Assembly: GCA_965112735.1 (NCBI GenBank)
Contig: OZ218952.1
Location: forward strand, 1,116,001 to 1,180,000
Origin: Phaeosaccion multiseriatum
Taxonomy: Eukaryota; Protista; Ochrophyta, other classes
Length of the DNA: 64,000 bases
Direction: 5' to 3'
Positions 12,973 through 27,000 of the stretch are shown piece after piece (position 1 is the stretch's first letter; each line of letters opens with the position of its first letter). Position numbers and translations under genes: made by a program. A model generated the notes under the pieces. The model saw nothing but the letters and a program-made list of their open reading frames with translations, was not told the origin of the DNA and did not search any database.

Positions 12973-13302
12973 TGTTCTCTGTGGCTACGGGAGCGGGGCC
13001 CCTCGGGGCTCTCATCCTGCCCCTGTGCCGGCCCCTGCAGAAGGCCTTCTTCAGAGGGGTGGAGGCCGCCATGCAGCCGGCGCCTTCTTGGGGCTGGAGA
13101 CGTGCCCCATGAGGAATTGAGACGGCTGATGTATGTGTGTGCGTGTGTGTTGTTGTGTGTCCTGACACCCGGCTCCTCTCGCTGAACCGAAGGAGTGGGG
13201 TGTCTCTGCTGCTGGTTCGCTCTTTGAACAAGCTTCGGCCTTTCTTAACCCCGACTAGAGCCGGCGAGTGGGCTTTCGCACACCGAAGAGGGTTGAAGGT
13301 GG
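12973..13302 (+). repeat. Diverged copy of the DUF1990 last exon + 3'UTR (9762-10140), frameshifted
   Basis: Near-identical 'gggagcggggcccctcggggctctcatcctgcccctgtgccggcccctgcagaaggcc...' with a 4-bp insertion; downstream 'cctctcgctgaaccgaag...ctctttgaacaag' also shared. Confidence 0.9.
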
Positions 13303-13474
13303 AGAGTTAGCATGTGAAGGGAAGCACCAAGGATATATATATATGAGACTGAAGTGGGCGGCTGTTGGTGGTCCAAAACACAAATGGCGAAGAGAGAGTT
13401 TGAATTCTTGACGAACAACCTGCGGGCGAGCCGCAAGTACGTGGTCCTTTGTGTCTTTATTCAGGTACTTCCCT

Positions 13475-14856
13475 TCACGTGCCCCTCGAAGGAGGAACCC
13501 ACCCACCGACGCTCCAGTCTAACCTTTTCGCTGTATGCCCGACCCTGCTTGGCTGCTCCGTTTGCCTGGCTCTCGCCCGAACGGCAGAGGAGGGTGATGA
13601 AGTGAGCACGCTGCTGGGAGGAGAAGGCGTCCAGCCACCAAGGCTCCAGTCTACTCTCTTTGCTGCTACTATCGCAGGACTAGCACTAGCACCCGCCTCG
13701 CCGCCCCCACCACCGCTGTCCGCCTTGTCCCTCTCCTCCTTCTCCCTCCTCTCCTTCTGCTTCTGTTGCGCCTCCCGCCCCTTTCTGCCTCTGTTGATAC
13801 TCCGGGCGCTGCGCTCTCCGTGCCCTTGCCCTCCCCCCCCCCCCACCCACCCTCCGTGTCTACTCCCCCTCTTGCCCCCTGCTCTCCCCTTGCCCCGCCC
13901 CCCCTCCTCGCTGCTGCCCCCCCTCCTGCTGCCGTCCTCTCCCCCCTCGTTGTCCTCACCCGGTGCACTCCTCCTGCCCGCCCCCTCCTCCGCCTCCCAC
14001 TCTTGCAGACGAGCCTCTGCCAGTGCCTGCAGCTGAGAAACAGCGTCTTCATCGCTGCTGCTATCCCACAGGATCTGTACATGCGTGTGTGTGTAATTTG
14101 AGTACGCGGGAATGATGATGGGAGTGAGTGTTCTGTGGTTGGTGGTTTTGGTTGTTCGTTGTTCTCGCCCGTGCATCGCATGCGTTGGACCCTTCGGCCG
14201 ATGGTTGCACGAACGCGAGTCAGTGCACATACACACAAACACATGCACACATATATATGCACACACACAACACGTGCACGCGCGCGCAAACACACACACA
14301 TGCACACAGACACACTCAACCACACTCACACGCACACATACACACTCAACCACACCCACACACACACACGTATACCCACAGATACCCAAAGATACCCACA
14401 GATACCCAAAGATACCCACCCACACACGCACACACCTCGGCAATTTTCATGTGCGGGTCGTCCTCTCCGAGCCTCAAGAGTCGCTCGAGCAGGGAGAGGG
14501 GACCCTCCACCCCCTCCAACACCGCCGCCGTCCTGCGGCTATTCTGCACCAGGGGCACTTCAAGGGACAGCTCCTTGAACCACTTGAACTGGGGTGAGCG
14601 GCAAGGGGGGTGGGGGGTGGGGAGGAGGGGAGGAGGGGGGGGGGGAGAGGAGTGGGTGGGGAGGGTGGGGAGGAGGGGAAGAGAAGAGATTCAGCTGAAA
14701 AGCCTGGCCAGGAGGAAGGGAGGGAGACGAGATTCATGCGAAAACGAATTCACAGAAAAAAGTCAAAGATGGAGAGCACTAGGCCATGTGAAACGGAAAA
14801 TTTGTGAGCTTCCGCAGGAGAGAGAGAGGGAGGGAGAGAGAGAGGGAGAGAGAGAG

Positions 14857-14899
<43 letters not shown>

Positions 14900-17688
14900 G
14901 GAGAGAGAGGGAGAGAGAGGGGGAGAGAGGGAGAGAGAGGGGGAGAGAGAGAGAGGGAGAGAGAGGAGGAGAGAGGGAGAGAGAGAGAGAGAGAGAGAGG
15001 GGGAGAGAGTGAGAGAGCCTGCTGGGTGCGAAGAGGGCGCCTCTCCTTGCCGAATCTGACCTTGAGCGGGCGCCATCTGGAGAGGAAGTGCAAGTGCCAT
15101 GGCAAGAAGTAGAACGCGTGGCGCCGTCCGACCTCATCCTCCCCAAAGTGCTCCTGGTAGACACAGAAGTTGGTGATTCAGCAGCAGCGGCAGCAGTTCG
15201 TGATACAACAGCAGCAGAGGCAGCAGTTGGTGATACAACAGCAGCAGAGGCAGTAGCAGCGGGCTGGGTAAAAGTAGTAGTAGTAGTAGTAGTAGTTAGT
15301 AGGAGCAGCAGCAACGCCAACAAGCAAACGAGTTAACAAGTCCACAGAGCCTCCTGACTGTCAGGCGCCTTCCACACACACAGGGCGGGAAACCCTCGAT
15401 CGACAATGAGCAAAGAGGTAGAGCAGGCAACAAGAGCAAGTGAGCGGTGGCGCTTCGAGTCCCTTCAAGTAATGATGAAGGTGCAGAACAGAACAGTGAG
15501 TTGGGTACTTCACCTTCATGTAGCACGCCAGTCTGCGATAGACCGCCACTCTCTCATCGGCTGTCGGACACCATGTACGCCCCTCCTTGATGTCTTGGAA
15601 TATCCACTGCAGCAGCAATAGCAACAATTAGGAGAGGGAAAGGGGCAAGAATGGCGAGGGTGAGGAGGAGAAGGAGGAGGAGGAGGAGGAGGAGGAGGAG
15701 GTGGGGGAGGAGGAGGAGGAGGAGGAAAAGGAATACACTTTACTGAACGGACTCACAGGGTTGATAAGGGCGCCTCTGCCGATCATGAGCGCCGTCACCC
15801 CACTTGTCTCCATGCGATGCTTGGCCTCGAACCACGTCAACACGTCTCCGTTCCCAATGAGGGGGATGGTGATATCCTCAGACGTCGCCAATTGATGGAT
15901 GAGATCCCAGCGGGCGGGCTTGCTATAGCCTTGTCTTTGTGTGCGTGGATGTACGGTGATGGCTGCTACTCCTAAGGAGTCGGAGTCGGGAGCGGAAGTG
16001 ATGCTCTGCAGTTCACGCACTACCCTCTCGAGATTGATGTCGTCGAGGCCACTGCGGAGTTTTACGGTCATGGGGATCTGTGAGGGGAGGGGAGGGGGGA
16101 GGAGGAGGGGAGGGGGGTGGGACGGGGAGGAGGGAAGGGGAGGCAAGGAGAGAGAAAGGGAGGGGAGGGGAGGGGAGGGAAGGGGAGAGAAAGGGAGGGG
16201 AGGGGAGGGAAGGGAAGGGGGGGGGGAGGAAAGAGGAGGGAAGGGAAGGAAAGGGAGGGGAGGGGAGGGAAGGGGAGGGGGTGGGAGGGAAGGGGAGGGA
16301 GGGGGGGGGAAGGGATGGGGGGGGGAAGGAAAGAGGAGGGAAGGGAAGGGAAAGGGAGGGGAGGGGAGGGGAGGGGAAGGGTGAGGAACGCTGCTGCGCT
16401 GCTCAGCGGTAGAAGTAGTGGGGGAGATACGAGCATCCCATCCACCGCCCACCCCCGACGCCCTCCACACAGATACCCCTCTTACGTCTATGCCGTCGGA
16501 GATCTCCTGCACAAGCCTTCGGAGCTTGTTGGGCTTGCGCAGCAGAGCAGAGCCCACTCCGCGGCGTGTGGCTTCGTAGATGGGGCAGCCGCAGTTCTAA
16601 ATAGTGAGGAGGGAGGGAGGGAAGTAGGGAGGGAGGGAGGGAGGGAGGGAGGGAGGAAGGGAGAGGGATATGCGTACACGGTCAGGTAGGCAGCAGGGAG
16701 GGAGGGAGGGAGCTCCAAGGGAGTGACCGAGGTGACGGGTGAACGAGTGAGTGAGTGAGTGAGTGAGTGAGTGATAGAATCAAGAGTCAAGTGAGTGAGT
16801 GACTACCTCTCTCACCAGGTCTACTGATGTCGCTCCAGCCTCTTCTATGAGCTTGACAGCGGCGATACCCTGGATGTGTGTGTGTGGGGAGGGAAGGAGA
16901 CGGGAGGGACGTGAGAGAAAGCTTGTCTAGCTGTATGTGCGGGGACTGAATGCACTTTCTGTGGCACCTGACATCCACCCTTGGGGACCCTCGCCTGGCT
17001 GGTGATTGGCTCCTCTCCCCCCACTGTCCTGACTGCCCCTGTCCTACCCTCATCCCGCACCCCATCCATCTCACCTCCTTAATTTGCTTGGTGGCAATTT
17101 GCACCGAGAAGTGCTCTTCGTTGGGCGCCTTTCTCAAGAGCGCCCTTTCCTTTTTTACCCCTTTGAGAAGCTCCCTGGCATAGGCCATCTGAGTCGGCAA
17201 GCAACGGGGAGAGAGTGCACAGTGATTGAATGCATGGGAGGCAGTGGTGGTGATCAGGCGGACCAATTGCGGGTGTGACGACTGCCGAGGGCCGGGAGAG
17301 AGAGCAGGGATACAAAGGTGTATCGCCTCGTCGGAGCTTACCCACTGCCCCCCTTCCTTTTCTTGGCTCAGCCAATCACCCTTCGCCGCAGAAGTGATCT
17401 CACCTCAGACATTGTCATTTCCGCTCCGAAGTCGGAACACAACCTCCTGTAGGGGAGGTTACCACCTTTGGTCAGCGGAGCGAGAATCACTTTGCCCTTT
17501 AGATTCGCTCTGAACGCATCTATTGCCTCCTGTGTCACTCGCATGGTCGTCAAGCCCCTCTTCTTTGTGAACGTGCTCCTGATACCGATCGACGCGCGCA
17601 AGGGCAGCTGTTGCACGACCAAGGCGCCCACTGGACTTCTCGTCATCATGATATACGACAGGAGAAGAGCCGCTTGCCGCTGAAGCAT
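13475..17688 (-). CDS. tRNA-dihydrouridine synthase (DUS family), about 9 exons
   Basis: 'ILAPLTKGGNLPYRRLC', 'TMSEMA', 'VDLNCGCP', 'GSALL', 'TVKLRSG', 'VHPRT', 'LIGNGDV', 'MIGRGALINPWIF'; 3' end beyond ~13850 uncertain. Confidence 0.88.
14818..15015. repeat. (GA)n/(GAGG)n intronic microsatellite
   Basis: Direct reading. Confidence 0.9.
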
Positions 17689-18006
17689 CGCAAACGCAAA
17701 CGAGAGAGTGTGCGGGAACAGGAGATTTTTTGTTGCCACGTTGGTGCTCCGCGCCCCCGCTGGCGACGTCTTCGACGTCCGGCCGGCCGACGACAAAATC
17801 CCGTTCACCCTTTTCCCAGTTGGGGAAAGAGGTCCCTTGGCCTCTAACTCTCTCTACTGTGGAGCCACAGAGCCGCATCACACGTTTTCCCCGTGTGGAG
17901 TGCTTTCTGTGCGTCTTGGGCCGCCAAAAAGCGTGAGCTCTCTCTCGCTGTACCTCTCCGACCGCTCGAAACTATTTTTGGCAGCCTTTTTTTTTTTTTT
18001 TTGGCA

Positions 18007-21000
18007 ATGGCGGACGAGGAGAAGGGCTCCCCAAAGGCGACACCGGAGGAGAGATACTCCGTCACCTCCTGTGAAGAGAGCGACGCAGTGCTTGAAATGT
18101 TTTCTCGGGGCTCTGATGCACTTCTTACCGAATCCCCAACCTACCCTAACGCAGGGGCAGGGTTGCCTCGCAAAGGTAGCACAGGAAGCAAGCTCTTCCA
18201 GAGCGCGTCTGAGAGGGAGGCGAAAGAGGAGCAGGCGAGGGAGCAGAAGGTGGAAATAGAAAATAAAGGTTGGGGGGCAGGGCACCAAGAAGGCCACGAG
18301 GAGGAAGAGGAAGACGAAGAACAACCGCACGATGCGGACGACGACTTGGACAACCACACGCGCAAGCCCTCCGTCAATGATGATCTCTTCGATATGGGCG
18401 GGGTGGGGTCCTTGGCTCGCTCCGCGTCCTTGGCGCGGGTGGTGCCCCCAAAGAGGGAGGACGTGCTGGACAAGAGCGCTCTGCAGAAGAAGATGGAGGA
18501 GCAGCTCAAGCTGTGCATGCCAGACAGCTCCAGTGAAGACTATGACAAGATGAAGCTACTCATCGAAGGGGAGATTAAGAAGAACAGGCTCGGCGAAGAG
18601 GACGCAGCAGAGGGCCCAGCGTCACCGAGGTCGCGGCTGGTTCGAAAGAGCAGCATTATCGCCGGGCTGGGCCTGCTTTCTGGGCGGGAGCGGCTGGGAT
18701 CGGTTCTGGAAGGCCACAATGAGGATGATGGGGAGCATCCGACCTCTTTCCCCATCTCCTACCCGGCTCACCTGGGCGGTGGCTTGACTGCTTCCGAGGC
18801 GGAAGAGGCTGCCCTGCGAACGGACCCTAAAGTGAAGCAGAAGGCAAGGAGCTGGTATGGGCTGAGCAAGCGCCGCGTCAGGAAGTACGGCTTCCTCTAT
18901 ATGAAAAGCCCCAGAGTGCAGGTTAGTCCAGAAGTGCTAGTCATGCGGTTAGTCAGGATGGTTGGTTGTACTGTGGTGAGTGAGTGAGGAGGGGAGAGGG
19001 TTGGAGGGGGCACGGGGGGCTGGGGACAGGAATGAATCTGTGCCAAATCTCTCCCTCCTCCCTCCCACTCTGGAGGGAGGGCGGGGGGGGGAGGGCGCAA
19101 CGAAGGCTCTGTCGCTCCGTGCTGAAGCCTCTTTTTTCTTTTCTCTATTACATCCACTGCCATCGATATCATCCATCCACTCGACAATAACCTTCTTCAT
19201 GCCTTAGGGGCTCGTGGCGCTCATCACGGTGCTGAGCTGCGTTGTGTACATCGTGGAGACTTACTATCCGACAGACGCCAGCTGGATACCCCCCGTCGAG
19301 TTCTTCTTTGGTGCCTTCTTCGCTGTTGACTTTATCCTCACCGCCCTTGTTGCGCCGAGCCCGCTGGTGAGGGGGGGGGGGGGGCGGAAGGAGGAAGGGG
19401 AGGAGGGGAAGGGAGGGAGGGAGTGGGTGGATCAGTAAGTGAGTGTGGCGAGTGAATGGGACTAGCGTAAGAGAGTTTGTGTGAGAGAGAGAGTGTGTGT
19501 GTGAGAGAGAGAGAGAGGGTAAAGTTTGTGTGAGAGGGAGAGAGGAGAGGGGTAGTGAGATAAAGAGAGTATGCAAATATGGGAAGTCATTCCTTACTCA
19601 CACACACACACACACACACACACAATGTGACTTCCGTTGCTGCTGCAGATGTACGTGGTCAGCTGGTCAGGCATCATTGACATACTGAGCATCATCCCGA
19701 TCTTCGGCGTGTTCTTAAGCGACATCTACGTGTGGTCATTCCTGCGCTTCCTCCGCCTCATCAAGGCCTTCACGATCTCAAGACAGCTCGGGTGCGTGAG
19801 GCGTCAGGCTCTGTCTCCCTCTCCCTCTCTCTTTGTCTTTCTCTCTTTGTCTTTCTCTCTTGCTCACTCTCTCTGTCTTTGTCTCTCTCTGTCTCTCTCT
19901 ATGCCCCTTCACTCACTTCTCATTCTCGCGCTCTGTCCTTCTCTCTCCTTACCCACTCTCCCACTCACTCTCTAAATGTGTGTACTCCCTCCTTCCCCCG
20001 CCCACTCTCCTGACACCCAGCATTGCCCGAAATGTCAATGGGAACAAGCTTTCCGACATAGTCAACGGAGGAGATGCCACCTGGGGGGCCACTATGCTGG
20101 CACTGAAACTGGTGGGCATCATCTTCGTGCTGTCTGCTGCCATCGACGGTTTCGAGCGCGTCGCCAGGAACGGAAAGGAGCAATTCTCGTTCGATGACGC
20201 CATCTTCGGTTTCCATAACGCCATCTACTACGTCGTCATTACTTTGGTGTGTGTGTGTATGCATGCGTGTGCGTGTGTGTGAGAGAGAGAGCGAGGGCCT
20301 CTTCGTCTTTGCGAGACTCGCCCTCCTCCTCTACCCAGTCTGTGCATACTCGGCCTCCTCCTCATCCTCATCCTCTCTGCCCTCTCTGTTCTCGGCCGTC
20401 CTCCTCTGTGTGTGCGGCCTCTCTCATCTTCCCCTGCACGCATCACGCCGCTTGCTTCTCCCTGCTTCTCCCTCCCCTGCCCTCTCCCCTTCCCAACCCC
20501 TCCCTCCCCTCCCCTCTTACCTGCCCCCCCTCGCCTCACCCCTCCCTTCCCTCAGAGTACTGTTGGGTACGGCGATATCTCCCCCTCCTCCACCCTGAGC
20601 CGAATGTTCATGTCTCTAGTCATCGTGCTCGCCTTCGTGTATGTGCCCCTGGAGGTGTCCAAGGTCACCGCCCTGTTCGAGGTAGGGTCATCAATAGCTT
20701 AGCAACAGTAACACGTACATGTGCAGTACGAGTTTCAGTTTCGACCGGTCACGGACTGCCAGTGGGAAGGACGGACGGACGGACTAAAACTTTTGGACTG
20801 ACGGAATGACGGACAAGCATTCTCTCATTCATTCCACACCCACGGAATGACGGACAAACATACTCTCACACTTACCAACTTACACTTACACGCACTACAC
20901 TACACCAACACGGCACTGCACTGTGAACAGGAGAGACCCAAGCATCGCTCCGGCTTCAAGCAGGCGGGCAAGAAGCTCCATGTGATCATGGCCATGGCAG

Positions 21001-24000
21001 GAGCGGGTTATGACGAGGCCGGGGACGAGGTGGAGGGCTTTGACGCCGAGACCGTGCAGCGCACCTTAGAGGAGATGTTCCATTCCGACCACGGGGAGAA
21101 GAACTACAGGTAAGGGAGTTGGTCATACAGAGGGAGGGAGGCTGGGATGGAGGAGGGGAGGAAGGGAGAGGGAGGGAGGGAAGGAGGATGAGGTGGCAGT
21201 GGATGGGGGCCTTTACCCTGACCTGACCTCCTTGAAGACCGAGGCCTTTTTAGAGGGACAAGAAGCAAGCGGTCAGTCATCTTGCTCCTTCTTGTTCTTG
21301 TTCTTGCGCTCTCCTTTTAACCTAAGAAACTCCTCACACCTTCCCCTCATTCCCCACCCTCATCCAACCCCACTCACTCCAACCCCACACTCCCCTCTTG
21401 TCTCCACCCCCCCCCCGCAAGGACATGGCTGGTTATTATGGCCCCTTGCGACCCCTCCCCCTCCATCCTCCTCCTGCTCAACTCCTCCACCTACAGGTCG
21501 CGCACCCTCTACTACAAGGGCAGCGTGCAAAACCCCTCCGACCTCGCCGCCATTCGAGCGGAGTACGCCGACGCCATCGTCCTCCACCCCTCCAGCGGAG
21601 TCAAGGGCAAGGTCAACAACACGTCGAGTGCCATCGATGAGAGGGAGATTACGCTGGGGGCCATGGCCTTGCGGCGGTACTTGACGAGGACGCCAAAGAC
21701 CTTCTCCATCTTTAAGGTACGCCCAAAGGCTACGCGTGGTAACGTTAGTTTGCAGTGGCGGTTTCGTCGTCGTAATTTGTTACCTCCCTTCTCTTTTACC
21801 TTAAGGGGGGGGGCGGGATTCATTGACTTGTAGCATAGCAAGATTACGTAATTGTGTGTAAAAGGGAAGGAGGGTCCGCTCACTCCATTTCGGATCGCAT
21901 GGGCGTGGGCCCCATGCCCAATCCCCCACCCCTAACCTAACTGCCCTGTCCTGACACCACCATGTGGCCCTGTCCTGACATCCCCCTATGACACCCTATG
22001 GTGCCGGCAACAGGCCGTGCGTGAAATGTCCACCTCTCCCCTTTCGTGCCGCACTATCGTGCATGCCAATGACGTAATCACCAAAGAGAGGCTGGAGTTC
22101 TTCGGCGTCGACCACGTCATCTGCAAGGTACGTACGTAATTGCTTACGTGTGTACTTACGCTTATTCTTTTGTGTGTACTTGTGTGTGTGTGTGTGTGTG
22201 AGTGTGTGTGTGTGACGGCTTCTCAAGGACGAGCTCAAGTCTGTGTCCGGCCGTGTATATGTACTTCAGTGTGTACTTACGTATGCATATGTGTGTGTTT
22301 GCATGTGTTAGGACGAGCTGAAGTACGCCATGCTAGCAGCGGTGTGCCTGTGCCCCGCCTTCCTGCCGTTCCTGCTCAACTGCGTCAAGAGCACTAACAC
22401 CAAGAACAGAAACTGCTACACCAACAAGCTCAAGACGACCACCACAGGGGACAACGGCATGCCCTTCTCGCTGCTGCCACCGGAGATGGGGGAGGAGGAG
22501 ATGGAGGAGGAGAGGAGGAGGAAGAAGAAGAAGAAAGAGGAGGAGGGGGACCATGAGGAGGGCGAGGAGGAGAGCAAGAAGAAGAAGCCCCGCAGCTGGG
22601 TCCGTGAGTACCGCAAGGGGACTGTGTTTGAAATCTACCGAGTCGGCTACCGACCGGGAAGTTCCGCCGACGGAATGCGCTTCCTCGATGTTGCTCTTCA
22701 CCTCTACGCCCTCTCCAGGGGGGACTGCGTGATGGTGGGGGCTGTGTTATCTGTACACGGAGGAGGGGGGGGGTCGTCGCCAGGCCTGGTGGTGGCGCCA
22801 ACGGAGTTCGTGTTCGAGCACGACGGGAAGGAGGTGAGTGGGGCAGAGTTTGGGTTGTTTTGAGTTTCAGTTTTTGTGTGTAGTACTCTGTTGTTCGATG
22901 AACCACATCAATACGTCAGCCTAGCCACTGAGTTCCTTATGTCATCATCATCATCGCCGATCTCGACATCGACGTCGACATCGTGCTCGACATTTATGAC
23001 CGAATCGATGTTCTTCCTCGTCGACATTCGACCTTCTCCTCCCATAACGCCACGCCGTCACGTCAGGTCACGCTGTTCGTGCTGTGCACGAGTCAGTCTG
23101 ACGCAGTTTACTACATCAACGAGCTCAACGGACACATCCTCAGACACAATGTCGAGGTGGATGCGGTGGATGCCAGGAGGAAGCGGCGCCAGGAGGAGAG
23201 GGAGGCGAGAAAGGCGCAGAAGGAGCGGGAAGAGAAGGTAAGGTAAAGGTGACCAGTACACGTAACTGGAACGGAATGCAATGCAGGAGTAGCAGCAGTT
23301 GCTGGTACAGCAGCGGCAGTTTGGTGGTACAGCAGCATCTTCACCTCAGCCCAAACGGCTCACCCTCCGCCGTGCCTCTGCCTGCGCCCCCCGTCCTTGG
23401 ATCCTGTATCGCTCTCGCACTTGCCCTTGCTCATACTCTTGCTATTGCCCTTGCTATTGCTCTCGCTCTTGCTCTCACTCTTGCTCTTGCTATTGCCCTC
23501 GCTCTTTCCCTTGCTCTTGCTATTGCCCTCGCTCTTTCCCTTGCTCTTGCTCTTTCCCTTGCTCTTGCTATTGCCCTTGCTCATACTCTTGCCCTTGCTA
23601 TTGCTCTTGCTATTGCCCTCACTCTTGCTCTCACTCTTGCTCTTGCTATTGCCCTTGCTCTTGCTGTTGCCCTCGCTCTTGCCCTTGCTCTTGCTATTGC
23701 TCTTGCTATTGCCCTCGCTATTGCCCTCGCTCTTTCCCTTGCTCTTGCTCTTGATCTCGCTCTCTTACACTTTACTCTCTCAGGAACAGGAAGAGAAGGC
23801 GGAAGCTGCCCTCGCGTTGGACCAGGCCAACGCCCTTGGCAACAGCAGTGCCCACGCCATGCCCCTCATCACCAACAGTAACGCCAACCCCGGCAGCGCC
23901 ACCGCCAGCGAGCCCGTCACACCTACCGCCAGTGACTCCTTGTCGCAGGGGCATGGGCAGGAGGGTGCAAGTGCTGCCAGCGGTGGGGCATCCGCTGCAG

Positions 24001-27000
24001 CCGCTCAGGCCGTGCAGCAGAGGCGGCAGAAGCAACTGCAGGCCGATCGTCTGCGGCAAGCAGGGGTGCCTGTGAACAAGGCTGCTCGTATGGTGGACAG
24101 AGCCCTCCGAGAGCTGCAGGATTTGTCGGTACGTTTCCTTACGGTACATGACATAACGTGACGTTAGGGGGGTTGCTTTACGATAGGGGGGCTTGGGAGG
24201 AGGGGTGAGGTGCTCCTCCTGTTTTAGGGGGTTATCGGCTTATAGGCTCTCACGTCTCCTCCTCGTCCTCCTATTGCTCTTCCTTGTCCTCCTCCTCCTC
24301 CTCCTCCTCCTCCTCCTCCTCCTCCTCCTCCTCCTCCTCCTCCTCCTCCTCCTCCTCCTCCTCCTCCTCCTCCTCCTCCTCCTCCTCCTCCTCCTCCTCC
24401 TCCTCCTCCTCCTCTTCCTCCTCCTCCTCCTCCTCCTCCTCCTCGCCCTATTATTAACCCACGCCCCGATCCCGCACCCCCTTTTTCCTCCCCTTAACCC
24501 ACACTTGACCCCCGTAAACATATTACACCCGCTCAGACCCAGTACCACACCCACGGTATCGGCGAGCACCAGATACGGCCCCAACCATCACCGTCACCGG
24601 CCTCCACAGGCCGCAGCGCCGCTCTCAGTGACGGGATGGTGGGGTTGGCAGTGGATCGAGGAGGTGGTGGAGGGGGAGGAGGAGGAGGAGGAGGAGGAGG
24701 AGAGGGAGGGGGGACAGGTGCAAGCAACGCCTCCAACGCAATGCCGCGTCTGCGTATCTCGCAGCACGACTACACTGTTTCACCATCTGGTGTAGGAGCG
24801 TCCACCTCCCACACTGCCGAATCACCAACTGCTGCAGGGGCGGTTTCCCCGGTGGACTTCTTTGAACGAGTGGACAAGGCCAAGGGCATACTGGAGGGAG
24901 CACTCGAGCTTCACGGACATGACGTTCCCGAGCGGATCGAGGGGCATGTTGCTGTGCTCTTACCCGGGGGCGGAAACTTCAACACCATGACGCAGTTCGT
25001 GCTGCCTCTCCGGCGTATGCGACCCGCCTTGCCTGTGGTTATCGTCACAGAAGACGTCGACGCGTATCACTACTTTGTGCAGCAGATGGAGGCCAGGAAG
25101 TCAAACGAGCCGACCTTGAACATCAAACAGGTACATGTAGAAGGAAGGTTGGAAGGCAAAGGGTGCTAACGAGAAAGGGCGCAAGAGAGAGAGAGAGAGA
25201 TTTGTTGAGGAATGGCAAGGGTGGTAGTACAGCGCCCCATCCCCTCCCCATCCCTGCTGTACCCCTTACCCTTTTGCACCTTCCTCCCTCCCTTCCTCTG
25301 TCCCTCCCTCCCTCCCACCCTCCCTCCTTCCATCCTCCCTCCTGCTCCCTCCCTTCCTTCCTCCCTCCCTTCCTCTGTCCCTCCCTCCCTCCCTCCCTCC
25401 CTCCCTCCTTCCATCCTCCCTCCTGCTCCCTCCCTTCCTTCCTCTTCTCTCTCCCTCTCTCCCTCCTTCCTTCCTTCCTCCCTCACTCCCTCCTTCCCAT
25501 CCTTCCTCCCTCCCGCTCCCTCCTTCCTTCCTCTTCTCTCCCTCTCTCCCTCCGCCCTCCCTCCCAACCCACCCCACCCCACCCCACCCAACCCCCCAAC
25601 CAAAGATCTACCACGTCCCCGGCTGCCCTCAGAACGGATCAAGCATCCGCACCGCCCGCTTGGACTATGCCCACTCCGTCGTGGTACTCTCAGACCCCAA
25701 TCAGAAGGACGACGGGGACGTGTTGCTTCTGAGCTTTGCGCTGGATGCGGGGCTCGACAAGGGCATGCCCGCCAATCGAGTTGTGTTTGATCTGCAGACG
25801 GAGAGCAACTGCTACTTTTTGCACCAGGTGAGGGGTGAGGGGGGAGGGTGAGGGCGAGGGGATGGTGGTGTAGTGCTGCTCGCGACAGCTGGCGGCAACG
25901 CCAAAATGGGCTTCGACGAACGTGTGCGTGATTACAACACGTGTTTGTGTTTGGTGCGCGTGTATGTGTGTGGGCTTGTGCGTGTGTGCGTGCGTTTTAA
26001 TGTGTATGTGCCCCCCCCCCCTGTCCTTGCAGAACTTGGGCCAGATGCGAGATGACTCCGACGACGGCGTTGCGGCCAGCGGTTACAGCAAGCGCAAAGG
26101 GTCGGTGGCCATGGCCGTCTCCACTCTCGCCAATAGGGCCATTGATAGGGCGGGCAATAGGGTCAGCGACAGCGAGTACAGCAATCAGACCTCCTGGCTG
26201 TGCAATCCCGATGACGTGTACAGCTGGCCCATCTTTGCCGCCGGACGGCTCTTTGCGAGGGGTATTTTTGACTTTTTGGGCGTGCAGGTGAGGAGGAGGA
26301 GGAGGAGGAGGAGGAGGAGGAGGAGGAGGAGGGGGAGGAGGAGGGGGAGGAGGAGGAGGAGGAGGAGGAGGAGGAGGAGGAGGAGGAGGAGGGGGAGGAG
26401 GAGGAGGAGGAGGAGGAGGAGGAGGAGGAAGAGGAAGAGGAGGAGGAGGAGGAGGAGGAGGAGGAGGAGGAGGAGCGAGTGGGGGAGTCTGTAAGCCTGA
26501 GGCTGCTCCGATGTCTTTTTATCTTCTAAGAGAAGAAGAGTGGGTGGGGTTGGTGAGGAGTCCCAACATTCAATCACCGGTGGTCGGACAGGAGTTAACT
26601 GTAGTGCCCCCCTCCCCCCACCCACGCACCCAAACAGGTGTACTTCAACATGGACGAGCTCGCATTTGTGGAGAGTTTGCTGCAGATTGGGGTTCAGCGC
26701 AGTAAAAAGAAGCGCACACTCGACGGGCACAGCGTACACAACAGCAGGTCCAACAGCAGGAGTGTGTCCTTCGATGGGGACGGAGGGGGGATGGCAGCGG
26801 ATGGAGACCCTGAGCACGACGAGGTGGAAGCAGTGCACCCGCATTTCCAACAGATTGCACTGACGGGGGTGTATTTCCCCCCACAGCCTGGTGTCAGCAT
26901 CCCTGAAGTCGGGGAATCCGGCCTCTTGGGAGGAGGAGGAGGAGGAGGAGGAGAGGGCGCCGGCATGAAGAAGAGGCCCAACTTTCACCGTCACGAGGAG

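Noticed and set aside
9762-13302. LTR retrotransposon with the direct repeats as LTRs
   Set aside because: The repeats derive from a host coding exon, lack TG...CA ends, PBS/PPT and TSD, and there is no gag/pol inside
23249-24795. Long poly-Leu, Ala-Leu, Cys-rich and poly-Arg ORFs (similar ones at 5503-6468, 30031-30510, 36234-36992 and 50885-52216)
   Set aside because: Stop-free translations of microsatellites or antisense frames of real exons
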